Assembly (NCBI GenBank): GCA_002633005.1
Contig: NMRA01000658.1
Span: forward strand, 80,378 to 144,377
DNA from: Phoronis australis
Taxonomy: Eukaryota > Animalia > Phoronida
Direction of reading: 5' to 3'
Length of the DNA: 64,000 bases
The notes beneath the pieces were generated by a model, which ran no database searches, had not been told where the DNA came from, and was given only the letters and a program-made list of their open reading frames with translations. The translations under genes were made by a program, and so were the position numbers. Positions 59,278 through 64,000 of this stretch are shown here, in pieces (position 1 is the first letter of the stretch; every line of letters starts with the position of its first letter).

Positions 59278-60604
59278 CAGGGCTCAACACTAACGGTTGC
59301 CCGATTGCCCGTGTACATGTAGATTTTGCATCGGGCAAGTGGAATTTGAAAAGTACTTGCCCGATGGGCAAGTTAAAAAACTGGCCGCATAGGCAAGTAG
59401 ATCCTAAGATTGTATGCTCGACATTTGCTCCAAAGTAACGAAACCCGACACAAGCCTAAAAACCGTCGAAAAAGCCCCTGTGGCCGTCAAAGAAACTCCC
59501 GTCTTCGAATGAGCACCGAAAGGAAAATAGAACGAGTGTGATGCAGCGTGCACAGATAATGTCCGCGGTCAAATCCTTTCGATTCTCTGAACGTGCCCTG
59601 CAGTTTCTGAATAAGTTGTCACGTGATACTACTGATCGTCTGCACTCTGGCAAAACATCCAAACATGGAAGCAGTCCAGGCCTGGACGGCATTGGTTTAG
59701 TTGCTAAAAAACGAGTTCAGGAAGAATCAAAGCAACAATATGAAACGAAAAGAGTGCGGGGATGGGTTCCGTCATGGGAAATTAGGTTTCCTGGCCTGCG
59801 GGACAGTGAACAAGGGATGACATGTGATTTTTGCCGGCATTTACCCATGTACAGCTGGAAGCACCGCGTTCGTCGGCGGATGTAAGTCATACAGATAAGC
59901 GCAAAGGTTAAAAAGTGAATGATTGACCACATATTTTCTAAACTACACAGCAGTTTTAAAGGCCTGGTATTTATTCAGGGGGAATTCTAAAGGAAATTCT
60001 TATGAATTCCCGTCTCCCGGTGGCGACTCCCGACTGAAGAGGAATACGGTCGTCAGGATTGTCGGTCTGAAGGGTGACTCTTTCGCGGTCTATCTATTTT
60101 TCAAAAATGTAATTATTTATTGAAAATAAAAGTATATGTGGCATTTTTTTGTTAAAATTTGATTTCAATTTAATACAAGGTACCGATGACCAAAACTGTG
60201 TAAGATTTATACGGATAGCAAAAATTCTAATTCAGGTTAAGCAACAACTCAAGTTTAATGCATGTGTGTAGAGTTCATGTCCTAGCTCATTTCGGCGCCT
60301 GTGAACGTGAGACAATGGTTCAGGTACCATAGTTACTCTTCTAATTTGTCTCTCTAGTGTTTTGACACACCTTATAAATAAATGTTCTATAAGAAGAATC
60401 GTTAACAAATAGCAACTCGTGTATAGCATGCACGACACAAGACGGGAGGCTCGGCACAGGCAGCCCTACGGTAACACATTACCTAGGTGTGCACATGCAC
60501 GGTGCTATTTGGGATTGTACTAGGGGCAAGTGAATTTGTTGTTCGGGCAAGTAAAAATTTCAACTACTTGCCCTTCGGGCTTATAAAATTAATGTTGAGC
60601 CCTG
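59278..60604 (+). mobile_element. hAT6-like deletion derivative with 6-bp TSD and a transposase zinc-finger remnant
   Basis: TIR CAGGGCTCAACACTAA / TTAATGTTGAGCCCTG; ATTGAA at 59272-59277 and 60605-60610; subterminal TTGCCCG repeats; KQQYETKRVRGWVPSWEIRFPGL...GMTCDFCR (TTF-type zinc-finger-like) at about 59730-59840. Confidence 0.85.
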
Positions 60605-60914
60605 ATTGAAGAATAACCACAGACACATACTGGGCATGGCATCTAGTGTTCCAAGGGAGGACCAACAACAATGTCCGAAGGATAAACAAACGAGACCACT
60701 CTAACCGAGCAACTTGAAGAATTAATTAAATGCGCTCCTGTCTGCACAGCAAGCAGTATCCTATGCGTTTATTAATCTGAAAATGGCCATGCACAAAGTG
60801 GAGCCCATACAAAAATGGAATAGAAATGTCTTTGACAAATTTTATGAAAATCTTCCCAGGAACTCCTAATATGTGAGGCAAACTTAAAAAATAGGAATGC
60901 CAAACGAAGCATGT

Positions 60915-61320
60915 AACAGTAGTCAGACCCATCTGAAAGAAGTTGTCATCTGCTGCCACTTTCGAAGGAATGCATTTGTCATATTTCTGAAAGATACTGA
61001 AAGGGGTTTAAGTAGCTATAGATGCAAAAAACAAAATTGCCAGAAGGGGGGTGGGGGGGCTACAGTAGTTCCTCTATGCGCTTAAAGTACCTCTAGTAAT
61101 GTTTAAAAACCATCGAAGACCAGTAGTCAGACCAACCTGAAAAAGAAGTTGTCATCTGTTGCCACTTTCAAAGGAATGCATTTATCATGTTTCTCCAAGA
61201 CCCTGGTTTAAGAGATGTACAGCTGTGGATGGAAAAAAAAATTGCCAGAAGGGGGGCTACAGTAGTTCAACCCTCTATGCGCTTAAAGTACTTCTAGCAA
61301 TGTTTAAAAACCATTGAAGT
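60915..61320. repeat. Diverged tandem duplication of about 200 bp
   Basis: CAGTAGTCAGACC...CTCTATGCGCTTAAAGTAC...AAAAACCAT occurs twice. Confidence 0.8.
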
Positions 61321-62057
61321 CACATTGCTAGATTAAAATTAGTGTGTAGCATAATTTGGTGAAAAGCTTGCAGCATATGAATGCCCTATGGGAGCATCAT
61401 CGTCTCTATTAACAAAATCATGCAGGTTCCAAAATTGGGAGAATTTCACTATCGGGGGGAATTTGAGGGGCTTTAGGCTGCATCAAATCTCCGATCAGGA
61501 GAATTTGCTTTCATTTACTCGAAAATTAATTTTGCTGTTCCCAGAAAAATTGATTTGGTCAATGGTGAATTATGGTTCGAAAGGACATTTTAAAAAGTTT
61601 TGGAAGGTTTGTTGTTATTTGGTTTGGTTGTACAGTGTTGTTTATTATCCAATATGCTTGTTGATTTACAGTACTGTCATGTAATTGCTGAACAGAATGT
61701 TAAACCAAATCGACCTATTTAATTTTTAAACACTGCGGTCAATCCTTTTTCGCACTCTATTCAATGGAGCCAAACTTGAATTTACCTGACTGACAAACTT
61801 TCCCCAGTATAACAATGTGAAATTCATTCCCCCAATTGGGAGAATATCTCCAGACCGTAAGAAATTATTTTCTCCCACTCAGGAGAAATTCTGCAAAGTA
61901 GAAACAGTGGCATTGTCTAATTTATCACACGGATAGGTGACAGCCAGAGCATTGTTTTATTTTAGAAAAGTGAATGGGATAGTCCTTGATAATGTCTTGT
62001 GAAACATACTTAAGATGAATCATGTGAGCCTCATTTTAGCTACTCGCTAACGGGCAA

Positions 62058-62315
62058 TTGCCTATTAGCTGAATGGTTAGCACGTTCACCGGTTTTATCG
62101 GGGTCGCTGGTTCCATTTCATGACCAGGTAATTTCTGTTATTACAATTGGCGTAATTGGCAAACGGATAATATACCTATGAAGCACTAAACCCTCCCTGG
62201 GACCTCAGACAACAAGGCTGATGGTGATCCTAGACCAGAAGTCGAGGACCTTAATGCGAAATAACACTGGGGTTCATCTGCCAGGCAGCCATCCAGGTGA
62301 CGTAAAAATCCAGTA
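62058..62315 (+). mobile_element. Possible tRNA-derived SINE
   Basis: A-box-like TAGCTGAATGG and degenerate B-box GGTTCCATTTC about 35 nt apart; no intact cloverleaf. Confidence 0.35.
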
Positions 62316-64000
62316 GAATCTTGTGACGTTCCTTGTGTTCACTCACCAGGTGGCGTGCTTGTTCATAAGAAAAACGCAGACGTTGAAAGGCACTGGTGAG
62401 ATATAGCGTTCCCTGACATAGATATTAGTAAAAAGATTCGCGACTCATAACATGTCTGAATTATTTTGTGAACGTTTTAAATGACATGACAGAGAACAGT
62501 ATACGTATTTTATTTTTACAAGTCCTAAAAACTCCAAAAAATCAAGCAATTCGACTCATTACTTTACCAAATCTTGAAACGAGGGAACGACCGTCTCGTA
62601 ATTTTACCGGAAGTTTGCTATCCTGCGTGTGCAGCGCCCTCTCATCGTTAGTGCTTATGTCCCGTGGTCCGCAACATGCGCAACGCGCTCTAACGGGAGT
62701 TGGCAGTCCTTATCTATACTCTATAGTCTATGATTTAGAGAACCATGTAATCGCTGAATAAGGGGCCCATTACTTAGTCATTAGTGGACGAAACTGGTTC
62801 TCTGTTATTGTACGGTTCCCCGTTAGTTATTGTGCAGATTATAGATGGCGCTAGCTTTGGTTTGATCCTGTTTTGCCGCTAGGGTCGTTGTGTTTTTGAG
62901 TTTTCGAACGTTCGGCTGACAAGACGTCGGTTTCATTGAGCCAGTCGCTAGAACCCGAAATAGTGTTTACATTGAGGGTGTACTCAGTTTGGGGTCTGAC
63001 TTGGTTGACCTTTGAACTCTCTGAATATGAAATAAAGAAACCTCAGACTAAGTGCGTTTGACCCTTACAGTTATATCCGACCAGCAGTGCCATGTTGTGA
63101 AACGTGCTTCCGCTGAATCTTGAGCTTCTTAATTCTAACAGGCAATTGTCTATATGGTTAGCACACTCGCCAGTTTTATTGGTGTCACTGATTCGATTCT
63201 CGACTATATTTCTAAATTCTACACTCTGTACGTTTTAAACTTTAAGTGTTGGCCCCAAAACTGCGTTTGGTATCCTTGTAAACATCAATACTGTCACAGC
63301 AAAAGATGCAGTTATTTATTCTTCTCACGGAATCTGAAACTGCACAAATGTTGTTCTAACAATCACATTCAAAATTAGACAGTGACCACCGTCTCTACCT
63401 GGGGCTGGGTGGTCAGGGGTCACTGTCTTAACTCTCAGTCACTCACAATCACAGGCGCTTGGGTTTATCGCAAATGACGTCACAATATATATATAAGAAA
63501 ACATAAAGGTTGGACACTCGAAATCTGTTTGCTCAGAATTTTCTACTCAAATGTGCATGGAACTCCTCGAAACTAGCATCGGACAACTCTTAGACTACCT
63601 TCTTTCATTTGATCTCTTCAAATTGCCTTCGAGTGGTGATTTGGAGACAAAAATGCCAAAAGAATGCCAAAATCACAAATTCAAGGACCTGATTCCGTGA
63701 TGTCATGGCAGACGGTCTTCGCACATCCGGGTTTTGACCGACGCTCTCGAGCTAAATCCGAAAGTCTAATTTCGCGCGGCTTTCGCCGTCAATCCATCGA
63801 CTACTTGATCATGAGAAGCAGAGAGCACTTTATTGCCAAATAAATGTAATTACTCACATATTTGTGTCAAATATAAATTATCCTGATACAGTATTGATAT
63901 GCGAAGTTTTTTGTGTACTGTGATTTCTTATGAAGGTTTTATTTTTGGCCAAAACCATTGAGTTAACTCGTCGGCCACGCGCATTGTAATACTTGCACGG

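Noticed and set aside
62058-62130. tRNA gene
   Set aside because: Degenerate B-box and no consistent acceptor or anticodon stems; at most a SINE head.

Overview
AT-rich, repeat-dense genomic DNA from an animal, probably an invertebrate; one assembly gap at 52126-52819. It is not prokaryotic, and I see no CRISPR array, rRNA gene or intact tRNA gene. Host genes: (1) a single-exon class A GPCR at 469-1488 (+); (2) a 9-coding-exon bora (aurora borealis) gene at 18424-41976 (-), which I spliced by hand into one frame of about 731 aa; (3) two paralogous single-exon 7TM proteins of no family I recognise, at 46487-47275 and 55592-56719 (+); (4) a probable decayed GPCR near 14.1-15.1 kb (-). Mobile DNA: two complete compact Ty3/Gypsy LTR elements, one decayed (8201-12486) and one intact with identical 113-bp LTRs inside a bora intron (29305-33377). 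Also a Kolobok-type element with THAP and KolX/P2X7-ballast-like remnants that encloses an Academ-like relic, a long-TIR Sola2-like element with an ARL14EP-like N-terminal fragment, hAT-like elements with 5- and 6-bp target duplications, Helentron/HINE-like repeats and several minisatellites. The best novelty candidates are the orphan 7TM pair and the transposon-borne homologues of host-gene domains. All family assignments come from manual motif recognition, not database searches.
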